From Tetramitus jugosus (taxonomy: Eukaryota; Protista; Heterolobosea): DNA of 64,000 bases. The notes below the pieces were generated by a model. That model was not told the DNA's origin. It was given only the letters and a program-made list of their open reading frames with translations, and made no database searches. The stretch spans positions 548,712 to 612,711 of the forward strand of contig OW569352.1 of NCBI GenBank assembly GCA_937625935.1, in the 5' to 3' direction. The translations under genes and the position numbers were made by a program. Of the stretch, positions 22,633 through 34,479 are shown one piece after another; positions within the stretch are counted from its first letter, which is position 1, and the number at the start of each line of letters is the position of its first letter.

Positions 22633-24081
22633 ATGTTGGAAGTAAAATTTCTCTCCCAAAAAAGGCCGATCAACTACGACACAACAAATTTCCATCACAA
22701 CAGGATGAGTGAGATGAAACTGAGCTCCCAAGAAGAGAAACAATTTAAGAATGTAGTAACTGATTATTTGAATAAGCACGATTTGAACTTGTTGTTCAGT
22801 CAAATGATGATGCACTTGCATATCGACAAGCCTAAAGACCCCGTAGCTTATCTTCATCAATTCTTGAAGAAGCACAAGGACAACTATAGAAAAAGTTTTC
22901 GTCGAGTATTCCTTATTGGACAACCATTGAGTCAATATAACCAAGTAGCGTCAGATTTGAATGCTAGAGGATTTACAGACATGGAAGTGATTACCATGCA
23001 ACAATTGTTGCTCCAATCAGAAGCATCCTCCGTAATAGACACCTCGGACCTTGACATACCTACTGTTGTGTTTACCGGGAAAGAACTATGTACATTGTTG
23101 AGAATGTTTAATGATCATTCTGATAGTCGTGAGTCAGTTGTTCGCAATGGGTTCATCTTGAGTGGATTTCCTCAGACAAGAGAACAGGCACTTTCGCTTC
23201 AAGAGGACGGCATCTTTCCCGATCGTCTGTTTGTTCTGGAGTTTAAGGACTCTAGAGAGTATGAGAGACGATTGAAGGCCGTTGAATATGACAAGAACAT
23301 ACAGCTCATGTTTTCTCATTATGAGAAAAACAAGCTAGGATTACTCAACGCCTTTGACAACAATATTACTACCCTGATAGATGCTGGACTGCCAATCACC
23401 ACTATTTTGAACAAAATAAGTGATGTACTACAGGGAAAGACAACTTCTCCGCCTCTTAAAATCATTATTATGGGTCCTCCTGCCGGCGGCAAGGGCACTG
23501 CTAGCGAGGTAATCAAGGAGCAGTATGGAGTGATTCATCTGAGCACAGGAGATATTTTGAGAGCTGAGATTCGAGGTAAAACAGCGTTGGGCGTTACTGC
23601 ACAGTCATTTATGGACAAGGGTGATCTTGTTCCTGATGACCTGATCATCAATATGATATCTCGTCGATTAAAGGAGCCTGATTGCACTGAAAAGGGGTGG
23701 CTGTTAGATGGATTTCCTCGTACAGCTTCACAAGCTCAATTCATGCAAGAGGCTGGGATACGCGCTAATGCAGTCTTGTTGCTCGAGTGTCCTGATGATA
23801 CTGTAATAGAGAGAATTAGCGGAAGGAGATCAGATCCAGTCACTGGCAACGTGTATCATATCAAGTATAATCCACCACCAACAGAGGAAATTGCTCAAAG
23901 GTTGGTTCAGAGGTCTGATGACACAGAAGACAAGCTCAAAATTCGATTGGGAAACTATTACGCCCAGGTCAATTCCATGCTTCAATACTTCCCTGGGATC
24001 GTGCACAGAATCAACGCCGCTATCTCAATGAACGAAGTGGCGTCCTCTGTTTTGACTGTTCTGAGCAAAGTCCAGACATAA
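22633..24081 (+). CDS. Tandem-domain adenylate kinase with N-terminal RIIa/Dpy-30-like docking domain (AK8-like)
   Basis: DYLNKHDLNLLFSQMMMHLHIDKPKDPVAYL docking motif. The first AK domain is degenerate (GFILSGFPQT, no P-loop). The second has GPPAGGKGT, GWLLDGFPRT and RSDD. Confidence 0.85.
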   Translation: MLEVKFLSQKRPINYDTTNFHHNRMSEMKLSSQEEKQFKNVVTDYLNKHDLNLLFSQMMMHLHIDKPKDPVAYLHQFLKKHKDNYRKSFRRVFLIGQPLSQYNQVASDLNARGFTDMEVITMQQLLLQSEASSVIDTSDLDIPTVVFTGKELCTLLRMFNDHSDSRESVVRNGFILSGFPQTREQALSLQEDGIFPDRLFVLEFKDSREYERRLKAVEYDKNIQLMFSHYEKNKLGLLNAFDNNITTLIDAGLPITTILNKISDVLQGKTTSPPLKIIIMGPPAGGKGTASEVIKEQYGVIHLSTGDILRAEIRGKTALGVTAQSFMDKGDLVPDDLIINMISRRLKEPDCTEKGWLLDGFPRTASQAQFMQEAGIRANAVLLLECPDDTVIERISGRRSDPVTGNVYHIKYNPPPTEEIAQRLVQRSDDTEDKLKIRLGNYYAQVNSMLQYFPGIVHRINAAISMNEVASSVLTVLSKVQT

Positions 24082-24103
24082 ACAAGCGCCAATAAACCCG
24101 ATA

Positions 24104-25528
24104 GTGACTCTTCGCAGTGATTCCCCGAACAACCACTACGAAAAAACGTCTTTGAGCTCTTCAAAGAACAAATCGAGGATGCCTGCTGCTTCATCATTTC
24201 CCAGTAACTATTCGACGAACAATTCCGATCATGTTACTCAATTTAATCAAAGTATATCGGTCGTTGTTCCTCAATTTTCAGCCGCCCATTCGAATCAACA
24301 GCACAGTGTAAGGAAATCTTTCAGTGATTTTGAACCGAGGTCCCAATCAGACACGTTTAGCTTCATGAACAAGATATCAATGAACCAGAACAAAGTTCAA
24401 TTTCGTCGACAGTTGCAGAGAGAAACGCCATCCAACTATGTACCATCAGTGATGAAGAACATGACCACATGGCCCAATAATACTGGATCAAACCCTCATG
24501 CAACGTTTAGAGCGAAGAGCGAGACCTCTCTGAGACCAAGGAATCATCGTATTCTAAAATCTGAATCCACGGGTGACATTACCGCTTATTTTAGATCGAA
24601 TACAGCTGATCCTTTGCACAAGTCACAGCAGACTCTGGCAACAAAAACAAGTACTCGTACTTCATCTTCTCTGAAGCGAACTGAGTCGTTTTCTCCCAGT
24701 CGAGAGGAACATCAAGAATATGGCCCGTTACAACCTCTATCTTCGCCTACAATTCAACAGCTGATATCTCGAGCAGAAGCACCGTTCATCAAACGGATGA
24801 AAAAAGTTCAGAAAAAGTCCAGCAACCCCTTGGACTTGCCCATTGGTCTGGTATTTGACTATGTAGCACCTCAACCAACATTTCCTCATCAAACATCAGC
24901 CCCTCCCTCTCCTATGTCTAGTGCGAGGAGAGCTCTGAATGACTCGAAGAAAAAAAAGAATACGCCCATTGAAATATTGCCAATATTTCAAGAAGATCCA
25001 GTACTCCCAATAGACCATGAACAAAAGGAACAACAAGAGATCACGCTCTCCACACCTCGTTCAGCTAGAAGAATGTCATCCTCTTCATACAACCAACAGA
25101 GGAAGAATATGAGTCTCCGGGAGCATCGTCAACAGAAAGTAATAGCATCTAGTCAAACTGAACTAACAGCATTCTCCGAGAACAACCGAATGTCAGTCAG
25201 TGCAGAACCAGCTCCTCTAAACGACAAACAACCCACTCCCCAGGTACAAATCAAGATTGAGTTACCTTCGAATATTCGCAAGCTGACGGCAACCAGAGTT
25301 TCCACAGCAAATCATCAACCCAACCAGCATCATCATTCGGCAACTAAAAGGAAACTGACCACAACAAGCAACAGCACCGAAGAGAAAAGGTTCTTGAAGC
25401 TCAACCTGAGTCCCAAGTTGCAGCTGAAACCAGACTTCTCCTCTGGAGACAGCATGCTCAGTGGCTGGTCAGATCCGAACGAGGACAATCTGGACGACAA
25501 TGACATGATGCGCTTCATTCGTCCATGA
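24104..25528 (+). CDS. Hypothetical S/P/Q-rich disordered protein (first ATG near 24179)
   Basis: 474-codon ORF filling the gap between AK and NDK; no domain recognised. Confidence 0.6.
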   Translation: MTLRSDSPNNHYEKTSLSSSKNKSRMPAASSFPSNYSTNNSDHVTQFNQSISVVVPQFSAAHSNQQHSVRKSFSDFEPRSQSDTFSFMNKISMNQNKVQFRRQLQRETPSNYVPSVMKNMTTWPNNTGSNPHATFRAKSETSLRPRNHRILKSESTGDITAYFRSNTADPLHKSQQTLATKTSTRTSSSLKRTESFSPSREEHQEYGPLQPLSSPTIQQLISRAEAPFIKRMKKVQKKSSNPLDLPIGLVFDYVAPQPTFPHQTSAPPSPMSSARRALNDSKKKKNTPIEILPIFQEDPVLPIDHEQKEQQEITLSTPRSARRMSSSSYNQQRKNMSLREHRQQKVIASSQTELTAFSENNRMSVSAEPAPLNDKQPTPQVQIKIELPSNIRKLTATRVSTANHQPNQHHHSATKRKLTTTSNSTEEKRFLKLNLSPKLQLKPDFSSGDSMLSGWSDPNEDNLDDNDMMRFIRP

Positions 25529-25611
25529 ACGAGAGAAAAAATGGCGTGTCACTTAAAAGACAATCTACAGATGCAAACCTAACCAAAAAATACATTTCCA
25601 TATTTATTTGC

Positions 25612-26247
25612 TTAGTTTTCGTAGACCCACTTGTTTTGAGCTGGTTCCCAAGTGCAGACCTCATCTGGCTTGAACCACAAGGCAATCTCAGTTTGAGCAT
25701 TGTCTGTGGTGTCAGATCCGTGAATGGTGTTTCTGCCAATATCAACAGAGTAGGATCCTCTGATGGTACCTGGAGCAGATGTCAATGGGTTGGTCTCACC
25801 AATCAAGACACGAGAGTACTTGACAACTCCCTTACCTTCCCAGACCATAGCAACAACAGGGCCGCTGGATGACATGTAGTTGACAAGACCATTGTAGAAT
25901 GGTCTAGCCTTCAAGTCATCATAATGTTGAGAAGCCAATTCGTGGCTAGGAACCAACATCTTGACAGCAACCAAAACGTATCCCTTGTCTTCCATCTTCT
26001 TGATAATTTTTCCGACCAATTGTCTTTGGACACCGTCAGGCTTGATCATCAAAAAAGTTCTTTCGTGCTTGGTGCCTGGCAAGCCTTGGAATGGAATGTT
26101 CTTCTCATCAGCAAACAACAAGCTTTGAGAGTTGTTGTTGGAGGTGAACAAGTGTCTGTTGTTGTGAGCAACGTAGGCGGTGGAAGCAAGAGCAGCACCA
26201 GAGAGGGCAACCTTGGACAATGGGATTCTTCTAATGGCAGAGAACAT
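25612..26247 (-). CDS. ndk: Nucleoside diphosphate kinase, mitochondrial-targeted
   Basis: [30 protein letters not shown] and catalytic NTIHGSD; N-terminal presequence [13 protein letters not shown]. Confidence 0.96.
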   Translation of the reverse strand: MFSAIRRIPLSKVALSGAALASTAYVAHNNRHLFTSNNNSQSLLFADEKNIPFQGLPGTKHERTFLMIKPDGVQRQLVGKIIKKMEDKGYVLVAVKMLVPSHELASQHYDDLKARPFYNGLVNYMSSSGPVVAMVWEGKGVVKYSRVLIGETNPLTSAPGTIRGSYSVDIGRNTIHGSDTTDNAQTEIALWFKPDEVCTWEPAQNKWVYEN

Positions 26248-26451
26248 TTTATGAGTAGTTGGTTAGATCTTTGTTTTTGTTTGTTGTTGTTGAGGGTGTG
26301 TGGAATTTTGAGTAGAGGGTGGGCCTAAAAAAGAATCGCGAAATTTTTCTCGATGCCTTCAATCAATTTCATGATTGTTCACACATCGGAAAAACAAGAA
26401 GAACACAATAAAGAAAATCAATTATCATTTTGTGTGTGAACGAGAAAGAAC

Positions 26452-28935
26452 ATGCTACACTGTCGTCACCAACACACAATCGCCATGCATCTGTGCAGTC
26501 GACGAACCATCAACAACAACAAAATACCCTTCTTGTTCACATCATCCTCATCAATCAATGCACTGCTGCTGCTTCAGTCACCATCAATTGACAAAACACA
26601 TTCTTTTCATTCATTGGTGTACAATCATGCAAGAGCCAGCACAACAACTCCTCAAGCCAAACGAGGTGGAACCACTCAAAACAAGAGAGTAGCTACATCT
26701 GATTCTTCCAAAAAATCAATCAAATCATCAAAACTATCATCATCATTCTCATCTTCGACACAGAAACAGCAACAGTCGGGAGCAACAACAAAATCAAAAA
26801 CAACAGCAGTCAAGCAAACCAAGACGATTTCATCATCCGACATGTCAGAATTTGATAAATTGTTTCAATTTGATGAATCAGGTGAATATCAAAAACCGAT
26901 TGCACAGAAACGAAGCAACAATTACAGTAGCAATAACAATAATAACAACAAGAGTGAAGAAACAACAGGTGAAAAATCAATAGTCAAACAACAGAGAAGA
27001 AGTGAACAATTCATGAACAATATTCAATTGTTGAGAACGTTTGTCAAGCACAGTGAATACAAGGAAGCCCTCAATCTCTATCAAGGACCATTCAAAGAAC
27101 AAAAATTGCACATTCCAATCGAAGATTACACTCCATTTTTTCAACTGATATCAATCAAGATGCCATTCAGTGTAACTCTGTCCATTTACAATCGAATGAA
27201 GAAGGAGGGAGTGAAACCAACGATTCAAATTTTTCAATATTTGATGAATGCTTGTTCGGAAGCAAAGATTGAACCAGGTTCTCAGCATGTTTTGCGCGCT
27301 CACAAGATTATTACGGTAGATATGGTCAAATGGAAGATTGATCGATCTGTTTTTATTGTGAATTGCTTTTTAAAGTCGTGTGTGAACACTTTGGAGTGCT
27401 TGATGCAGTATCCAATGGATTTTGCTCAGAGTGGTATTCGATTGCCTCAATTGTGCGACATGGTTGATGAAGCGTATGATATTGTGAAGAAGAGTCCGTG
27501 GATTGATCGACGTCCAAAAAAGAATGGAGCAGAGCAAGAGCACGATGATGATGAGAGTGATGATATGATAATCGATGGAGAGGAAGAAGAGGAAGGTGAG
27601 AATGATCAAATTGTGAGCAATAACAGCAAGAAAAAGCCATTTGTCGCACGTGGCAAGAGCGGAATCAACAAATATAGCTCACAAAACAATGATAACTTAA
27701 GCAATAAGATGTCAATGAGTACGGAGCGAGAAGATGGTCATCAAGTGACGGATAGAGTAGTGAATCGTGCAGATAAATTCACATACAGCTTGCTCATCCA
27801 ATTTTATTCAAAGATTGGTGATATGAAGAAGGCATTCACTGTATTTGACGAAATGAAGAAACATTTCGAGGCACAATCAAATCCGGCAGCAATGCTCAAG
27901 GATCCAGTTTCTGGTCTTCTGAGGAAGCAGTCATTCGACAAAAAGAAAGAGAATTCGAGAACTGCTGCGGACTCCTTTATTTACAACACACTCATTAATG
28001 GATTCATTCAGAACAAGAAGGATCTGTTCCTTGTGTTTGAACTGTATAGAGAAATGATTGAGCAGTCTGAGATTCAACCAACATCTCATACCTTCTCTCT
28101 TCTGCTAACAACTGCAAGAATGATACACAACACACAGAGGGAGTATATGCGAGATCAGGATAGACCTACTAGACCAAAGACAGTTGTATTGACCAAGTTT
28201 TCTCCAGATGGCCCCACATCTGCAACTGACGTGAACAATTTTGGTGATCATCGGACGTTGGGAGCAGATCAATTGTTGCTGCTAAAGGACTTCCGCTTTG
28301 ATGACAAGATATTAGCAATTTATCAAGAGATGAAGATGCGTCTACTAGATCCAGAGATGCAACAAAAAGAATCCGAGAAGATGTTTGGTAAGGAGTTGGT
28401 GAGAAGGGCACAGGCCAACAACGACCCAACCAAGAACAAATCAAAGCTCGACGCTTATCTGATCAATCAGATGGCTCAGAGCTTAGCTCAAGGTGGTCAT
28501 GTGGATGAAGCATCCAACTTGGTTATGAATGTTCTGAAACCTCAATTCATGTTAATTACGCCTGTGACTTGCGTATTGCTGCTGCGTAAGGTCATCTCCA
28601 AGAAGTGTTACTCGCTCGAGCAATTCAACATATTTGCCAAACCAATCATGGCTCTCATGAGAGATCACATGTACACTGCTCACAAGAAAATGGACATGAT
28701 AACAACTGAGGATTTGGTTCAAATCGTGTATGTCATGCTCAAGAACTTTAAGAGTCATGCGATGGTTCAGGAGTTGTGCCAATATTGCTTTGAGCACTTT
28801 AAACTCAAGCTGCCAAATGATATGGTCGACAGTCAAGTTCCTGGAGCTCTAAGAGTAGAACTGAGACAACTATACAATCCTTCCCCACACCACCAAACAA
28901 CACAACAAGCTTCAGAGACATCCACCAACCAGTAA
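26452..28935 (+). CDS. Pentatricopeptide repeat protein (probably mitochondrial)
   Basis: PPR units: YNRMKKEGVKPTIQIFQYLMNAC, TYSLLIQFYSKIGDMKKAFTVFDEMK and IYNTLINGF..YREM..QPTSHTFSLLL. Confidence 0.88.
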   Translation: MLHCRHQHTIAMHLCSRRTINNNKIPFLFTSSSSINALLLLQSPSIDKTHSFHSLVYNHARASTTTPQAKRGGTTQNKRVATSDSSKKSIKSSKLSSSFSSSTQKQQQSGATTKSKTTAVKQTKTISSSDMSEFDKLFQFDESGEYQKPIAQKRSNNYSSNNNNNNKSEETTGEKSIVKQQRRSEQFMNNIQLLRTFVKHSEYKEALNLYQGPFKEQKLHIPIEDYTPFFQLISIKMPFSVTLSIYNRMKKEGVKPTIQIFQYLMNACSEAKIEPGSQHVLRAHKIITVDMVKWKIDRSVFIVNCFLKSCVNTLECLMQYPMDFAQSGIRLPQLCDMVDEAYDIVKKSPWIDRRPKKNGAEQEHDDDESDDMIIDGEEEEEGENDQIVSNNSKKKPFVARGKSGINKYSSQNNDNLSNKMSMSTEREDGHQVTDRVVNRADKFTYSLLIQFYSKIGDMKKAFTVFDEMKKHFEAQSNPAAMLKDPVSGLLRKQSFDKKKENSRTAADSFIYNTLINGFIQNKKDLFLVFELYREMIEQSEIQPTSHTFSLLLTTARMIHNTQREYMRDQDRPTRPKTVVLTKFSPDGPTSATDVNNFGDHRTLGADQLLLLKDFRFDDKILAIYQEMKMRLLDPEMQQKESEKMFGKELVRRAQANNDPTKNKSKLDAYLINQMAQSLAQGGHVDEASNLVMNVLKPQFMLITPVTCVLLLRKVISKKCYSLEQFNIFAKPIMALMRDHMYTAHKKMDMITTEDLVQIVYVMLKNFKSHAMVQELCQYCFEHFKLKLPNDMVDSQVPGALRVELRQLYNPSPHHQTTQQASETSTNQ

Positions 28936-29121
28936 AAACATCAAGCTAGCTCCTTCCAGTTCGCCAATCACCTTCGCCTATTCTTTTTTCCCGAAACGTC
29001 AGAAAACCACACACCTTGTTCGCCAGCATCGAACAGCAAGCTCGAGACAACAAAAACCTCACACAAAATATTTATTCTTATCACTACCAACAACATCAAC
29101 AATCAAAAAAAAAATAACGAG

Positions 29122-32100
29122 ATGGGAAATCAACTGTTAAAAGAGTACACTGTCAGTGATCAACCTGTTGCGAGTGGTGGACCTCATTTCCTATGGAAAA
29201 TATTCAACGGTGTCAACAAAACAACGAGAGAAGATGTGAGCATCTTCATTTGCAACATTAGAGACATTGAACAAAAATTTGGTTCAAAAAACGTGGAAAG
29301 TGTCATTAGTCGATTCAGGCATGAATCACAAGTGTTGAGCAAATTGAGACATCCATTGATACTTCATCCGTTGCAACCACTGTTGGAAACAAAGGATCAA
29401 ATCGCAATGGTCACTGAACCTGTTCTTGGTAGTTTGTCCAATATTTTGTTGAAACAATTTGAGGGAATACCGAATGTGCCACCTGCCATGAAATCATTTT
29501 CATTATTGGATGTTGAGGTATGTGTGCATGTAGTGTTTGTGTTTGTGTGTGTGATGGTGACGGGTTTTTTTTTGACTAACAACTATTGATTTGCTTATTT
29601 GTCTGTTGATATTTTGAACAATGAATTGGATTATTGATGATTAATGATAGCTCAAGTATGGAATGTGTCAAGTGATGGAAGTGCTTGCATTCTGTCATCA
29701 AAATGCCAAAATTATTCATGCCAATCTCAATCCACAAAATATTTATTTAACACCAAAGGGACATTGGAAGATTTCTGGTTTTCATTTCTCAATTTGTCAT
29801 CCGACTACGACAGGATTCACACCTATTCCAAAACTGATTGGCAACAATGATTTTATTCCCTTTTTGGATTATGTGGCTCCAGAGTACGCACTAGAGTCTC
29901 ATCTGTCCAATGAGAGTGATGTTTTTTCGTTTGCAATGACCTATGCTCAATTGTTGGTTGCGCACTATACGAACAAATCGGAAAGCATCTTGAATACCTA
30001 TCAAGCGAGAGATACCTATGTGACGCGGATGAACTCGTTAGCGACCATTTTGGATGACAAGTTGTCCTTTTTGTACAATGAAACGTTGGCTGCTGGGTCC
30101 ATTATTGAGAGCATAAAGAGAGCTACTCTGCCGAATCACAAGGAACGAACGACATCTCAATTTATATTGAACAATTGCGAATTATTGTTTGGAGAGGAAG
30201 TGAAAGCATTACGATTTTTGAGTAATATGAACATGAGAGAGCCGGTGAAAAAGGCAACCTTTTTGCAATCTCTGCTCCCAATGTTGAAACAAAAAAAGTT
30301 GAACGATAACACGAATACGAGCACTGAGGATGACTCGGACGATGGCGACTTTTTGATACCGACAAGAACTGTGTTGCAAAAGGTGCTTCCTCCATTGCTC
30401 AATGAATGTAAAGATGTGAAGATGTGTCTGTTTGCATTGCCTAATATTCTGGCAATATGTACGAGAATATCTCAGGCTCAATTCAGTCAATTGGTTCTAC
30501 CTACTGTTCAAAAGAATTGTTTGGTTCTTCCATTGCCTGATTTGCCTCAAAAACCGATATCTGCTGCGCCTCAAGTATCACCAAAGGTGCCCCATATGGT
30601 GTTGAGACACTTGAATATTCTTTGGTCCAAAACAACAGAAGCTGAACAAAAGAGTTACATTGTTCCATTTTTGTTGCAGGCTCTACAGTATCATGCGAAT
30701 GCTGACATCCAAATGGAGGCAATGAAGCGATCAGAAGAAGGTTTAAATTCGCACTTGATTGAATCCAATACATTTAAAACAATGTTCCTTCCACCAATCA
30801 GAGATGTGTGCGAGAGAACAAACAATGAACTTGTTCGAACGAATGCAATTGTATGTGTCGGCAAGTCTCTGGAGGAGCTCGATTCGACCACTATTGTGAA
30901 TCATGTGTTACCTATGGTTGAGAATGCTCTTGTAAAGAATCCTCGTCACGCCAGTGCACCACTTCTCATGAGTTGTGTCGGTGTCATGAGAAAAATAAGT
31001 GAGCTACTAGTGCCAGGAAAATCAAGTGGTGATGGATTCGGAAACCACCAATTCCTCATTGTGATGGCCTCTCGTGTGCTTCCTGCTGTATTGCCTGTCG
31101 CTACCCAAAGAGCACTAAATTCCTCACAGTTCAAGAAGTACATGAAAGCTGTGAGATCAATGATGGATAAGATCGAAGCCGCACGTGCACAAGAGTTCGA
31201 AGAGACAAACAAACAATACCCTCTATTGTCACAAGCCAACACTCATTCAGAACCATTTGAAGACGATGATCCAACAATTGCTGATGAGATGACTGAGGAT
31301 CCATTCCAGAATTCTGTTATAGAAAGACTGCCAAGCGTGTCATCTGTGAAATCATCATTCACTCCAGCAACCAGCTCAACAGCACGGAAGACCATGGATA
31401 CGGCACCACCAACTCAGACTTCACCACAACCCGAACCACAACCTACGATTGTTCAAAGACCGGTTGCGCCACCAGCAGAGGTTCAGCTGCCCACACATTC
31501 AAACAACCCAATTCACAAGTTGCTTACAGAGACTCCAGTACCACAGAAGAAGCAAAATATATTCTTCCAGGGTGGTGACGAAGATGACCTGGATGAAACT
31601 GCTGATACAAATGTAGATAGCGAAGAGGCAGAAGCTATTCGGCGAGACAAAGAAATGGAGCGATTATCCATGCTTATTGATCGGGCTGAACAGAATCACG
31701 AGTTTGACAATTTGTTGAATAGAATAGACGATGCTCCAGATCTAGCTCCTTTGAACACCCCAGTAGATGACTTTGGATACAACTATGGTATGGAATCAAC
31801 AACCCATGCAGTAACAAGCAACAATGTCACCGATCAGATCCTGTATCCAGACAGAGGAGGGGCAATGATGAGAGACGACCATTACAGTTCACCATCACAA
31901 CAACAACAGCAACCACAACAAGTACAACAGCAACAACCTGCTCCTGAAGTGACTCAATCAGATGACCACTTTGATCGTCTCTTGAATCAGTACAATGGCA
32001 CTGGATCACAGGCATCAACTGGAGGTCTTTACTCCTCTTCAACAAATGATTTCTGGGGAGCTCCTTCAAATGCTGCTCCAACTGGCAACACAAGGCAAAA

Positions 32101-32161
32101 CAGTGGTGCTTCATTCGATTTCGATTCCCTACTCAATAGGCACTTGTCAGACGATGAATAA
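29122..32161 (+). CDS. SCYL2: SCY1-like pseudokinase (SCYL2/CVAK104) (intron 29518-29650)
   Basis: MGN start; KLRHP, IIHANLNP, WKISGF and DYVAPE pseudokinase motifs followed by HEAT-like repeats. The intron restores the frame. Confidence 0.9.
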
Positions 32162-32344
32162 AGTAAATGTACAAAGCGAATTATTTCTCTTGTGGAGAAG
32201 AAAAAAAAACTTCCCGAAATTCTCAGCACTTCGCACTTCCAAAAAACAAAATCAAACGACAACAATCAATCAATCAGACTATGTTGATATGCGCATGACC
32301 AACAACGTAGAGATCACATCAACAACAATCAACAATAACAAAAT

Positions 32345-33307
32345 ATGAGCAACAAGCATAACAATAACAATACTGATGGCTATGAGAATGATGACAACAA
32401 TGATGATGATGATGAACGGACATATGATGTCGATATGCTCGTTGCTAGACGATTCAATCACGAGAGTATGAGACACGAGTGGAAAGTTCGATGGGCACCT
32501 CCGTTCAAAAAAGCAGATGACACGTGGGAACCCATCGAATGTCTCAACTATGATTTGATTACTGATTTTGATCAGAGAATGAAGGATCAAAGAGAGAGAT
32601 ATCGAAAGATTCGATCCAGAAAAAAAAGAGAAAAATTGGAGATGATACGTATTGGATTGGAGATGAATGATCGATCGGTTCAACAATCATCATCATTATC
32701 GTCATCATCGCAACAACAACAACCATCAAAGACAACAACAACAAGTAGTGTTGTTGGACAAAAGAGAAGAGTGAATACTGTTGATGTGGATGATGAAGAA
32801 GATGAGAATGTAGATAGAAGAGTACCGCACAAGAGATCTAAACGAATCGATGAAGAAGACGAAGAAGATGAAGAACCAATAACAATAACAACGACGAAAA
32901 ACAATAACAGTGATAATACAGGGGCGCAAGGATATGATCAAAGAGATCGATTAGTATCGTCGCCTGCTGTTGTAGTCAAGATTGAACGTGCATCTGTAGT
33001 GGAGAGTGATTCAGATGATGTCACAGAATCAGTTCACAGTAGAAATCGGAGAAGAAGCAATGAAAAACAAGAACAAGAATCACAACAACCATCTCGGAGA
33101 TTGTCCAATAGTTCACTCGATGGTGATAGAGAAATTTTGTACATTGATCTCGCTGGTGATGACACTGATGAGGAAGACAACAATCAGTTTTATCATGGTA
33201 GTTCACAACTGACGCAACATCAACAATCAGTGAAGCAGGAAGATGATGAAGAGGAAGATGATGAACAATACTATGCGAACAATCAAGATTTTGATTTAAA
33301 TATCTGA
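32345..33307 (+). CDS. Chromodomain protein with acidic disordered tail
   Basis: YDVDMLVARR..EWKVRW..DDTWEPIECL chromodomain with aromatic-cage residues. Confidence 0.85.
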   Translation: MSNKHNNNNTDGYENDDNNDDDDERTYDVDMLVARRFNHESMRHEWKVRWAPPFKKADDTWEPIECLNYDLITDFDQRMKDQRERYRKIRSRKKREKLEMIRIGLEMNDRSVQQSSSLSSSSQQQQPSKTTTTSSVVGQKRRVNTVDVDDEEDENVDRRVPHKRSKRIDEEDEEDEEPITITTTKNNNSDNTGAQGYDQRDRLVSSPAVVVKIERASVVESDSDDVTESVHSRNRRRSNEKQEQESQQPSRRLSNSSLDGDREILYIDLAGDDTDEEDNNQFYHGSSQLTQHQQSVKQEDDEEEDDEQYYANNQDFDLNI

Positions 33308-33625
33308 GTGAGCCTTCGAGCGAGCAGGAGGAATAGCAAATCCAAAGGTGTTTTACCAAAATCTTGACTTTTTTGGGTCGACATTTGAGCAAATGGATGA
33401 TGTGTTGATCAGCAAATGATGTGTTGAGTGCACATTTCACAAGGAATGCAAATGCAGTGAGTGTACCTGTTGTTGAGACACGTGTTGTGTTAAACAGGGA
33501 AGACCAGTAGCGACATTCGAATAATGGATATGGAAGAGACATCGCAGAATCATTACACACATTAGTAACATTACTAAAACAAAATCTTATTCATGATGAT
33601 TCTTTATTTCATTAAATGAAATTTG

Positions 33626-34234
33626 TTACTTGGTGAAGCTGTCGATCACCTCTTGTTTCAACTCTGCAATATAAGGCAAATTTCGGTGACGCGATGCCAA
33701 ATCGAGTCCATAACCCACAACAAACTTGTCACCAATATCAAAGCCAACAAACTCTACAACACTCTCCACCTTTCTCTTGTGCTTTGGAGCAGTCAACAGA
33801 ACACAAGTCTTGAGCGATGCAGGTCTCCTCGTGGCCAGCAATCTCTCCAAGAATTGAACAGTCCAACCAGAGTCAATAATGTCCTCCAATATGAGAACAT
33901 GTCTGTCATGGATACTGTGCTTGGTGTCCATCAGAATCTTGACCTCACCACTCGACTTTGTCGAATCAGAGTAACTGCTGAGAGCAATGAAATCAATGGT
34001 GCAAGGAACAGACAATTGACGACTCAAGTCAGCTGCAAACATGTAAGAACCAGCGAGAACAGGAACGAGGACAATGGCTTCCCCTTGCTTCAGAACAGTG
34101 CGATAATGGTTGGAGATGTCATCGGCCAATTGAGCGACTCGCTGAGCAATGTCGGAGGATGTGTAGAGAACGTTGGAGCATTCATCTGGCAGAGATGGTT
34201 CACCTGTGAGTGGAAACTTTGAATCGTCAGTCAT
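33626..34234 (-). CDS. hpt: Hypoxanthine(-guanine) phosphoribosyltransferase
   Basis: VLILEDIIDSGWT PRPP-binding motif, SSY loop and FVVGYGLD..RNLPYI. Confidence 0.95.
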   Translation of the reverse strand: MTDDSKFPLTGEPSLPDECSNVLYTSSDIAQRVAQLADDISNHYRTVLKQGEAIVLVPVLAGSYMFAADLSRQLSVPCTIDFIALSSYSDSTKSSGEVKILMDTKHSIHDRHVLILEDIIDSGWTVQFLERLLATRRPASLKTCVLLTAPKHKRKVESVVEFVGFDIGDKFVVGYGLDLASRHRNLPYIAELKQEVIDSFTK

Positions 34235-34479
34235 TTTATGGTTGTTGTTGTGTGAAAGATGTTCGTTGTTGTTTGGTTGTGTGCCTCTTTTCGGCTTCGA
34301 GATTACACTTTTGTTTCGCGAGCAGGTGGCTGTGACGCAATGCTTCGCCCCGGAGATTTAAAATCAGCCCAGTGCTTTGAATTCGTTCGGAAAAGTTGGC
34401 GGAGAAATAATTCTTATGTTCAAACAATATGCAGGAGTTAGAAGTGATCATTTACATGTGATTCAACAAGCCAAAGCGC

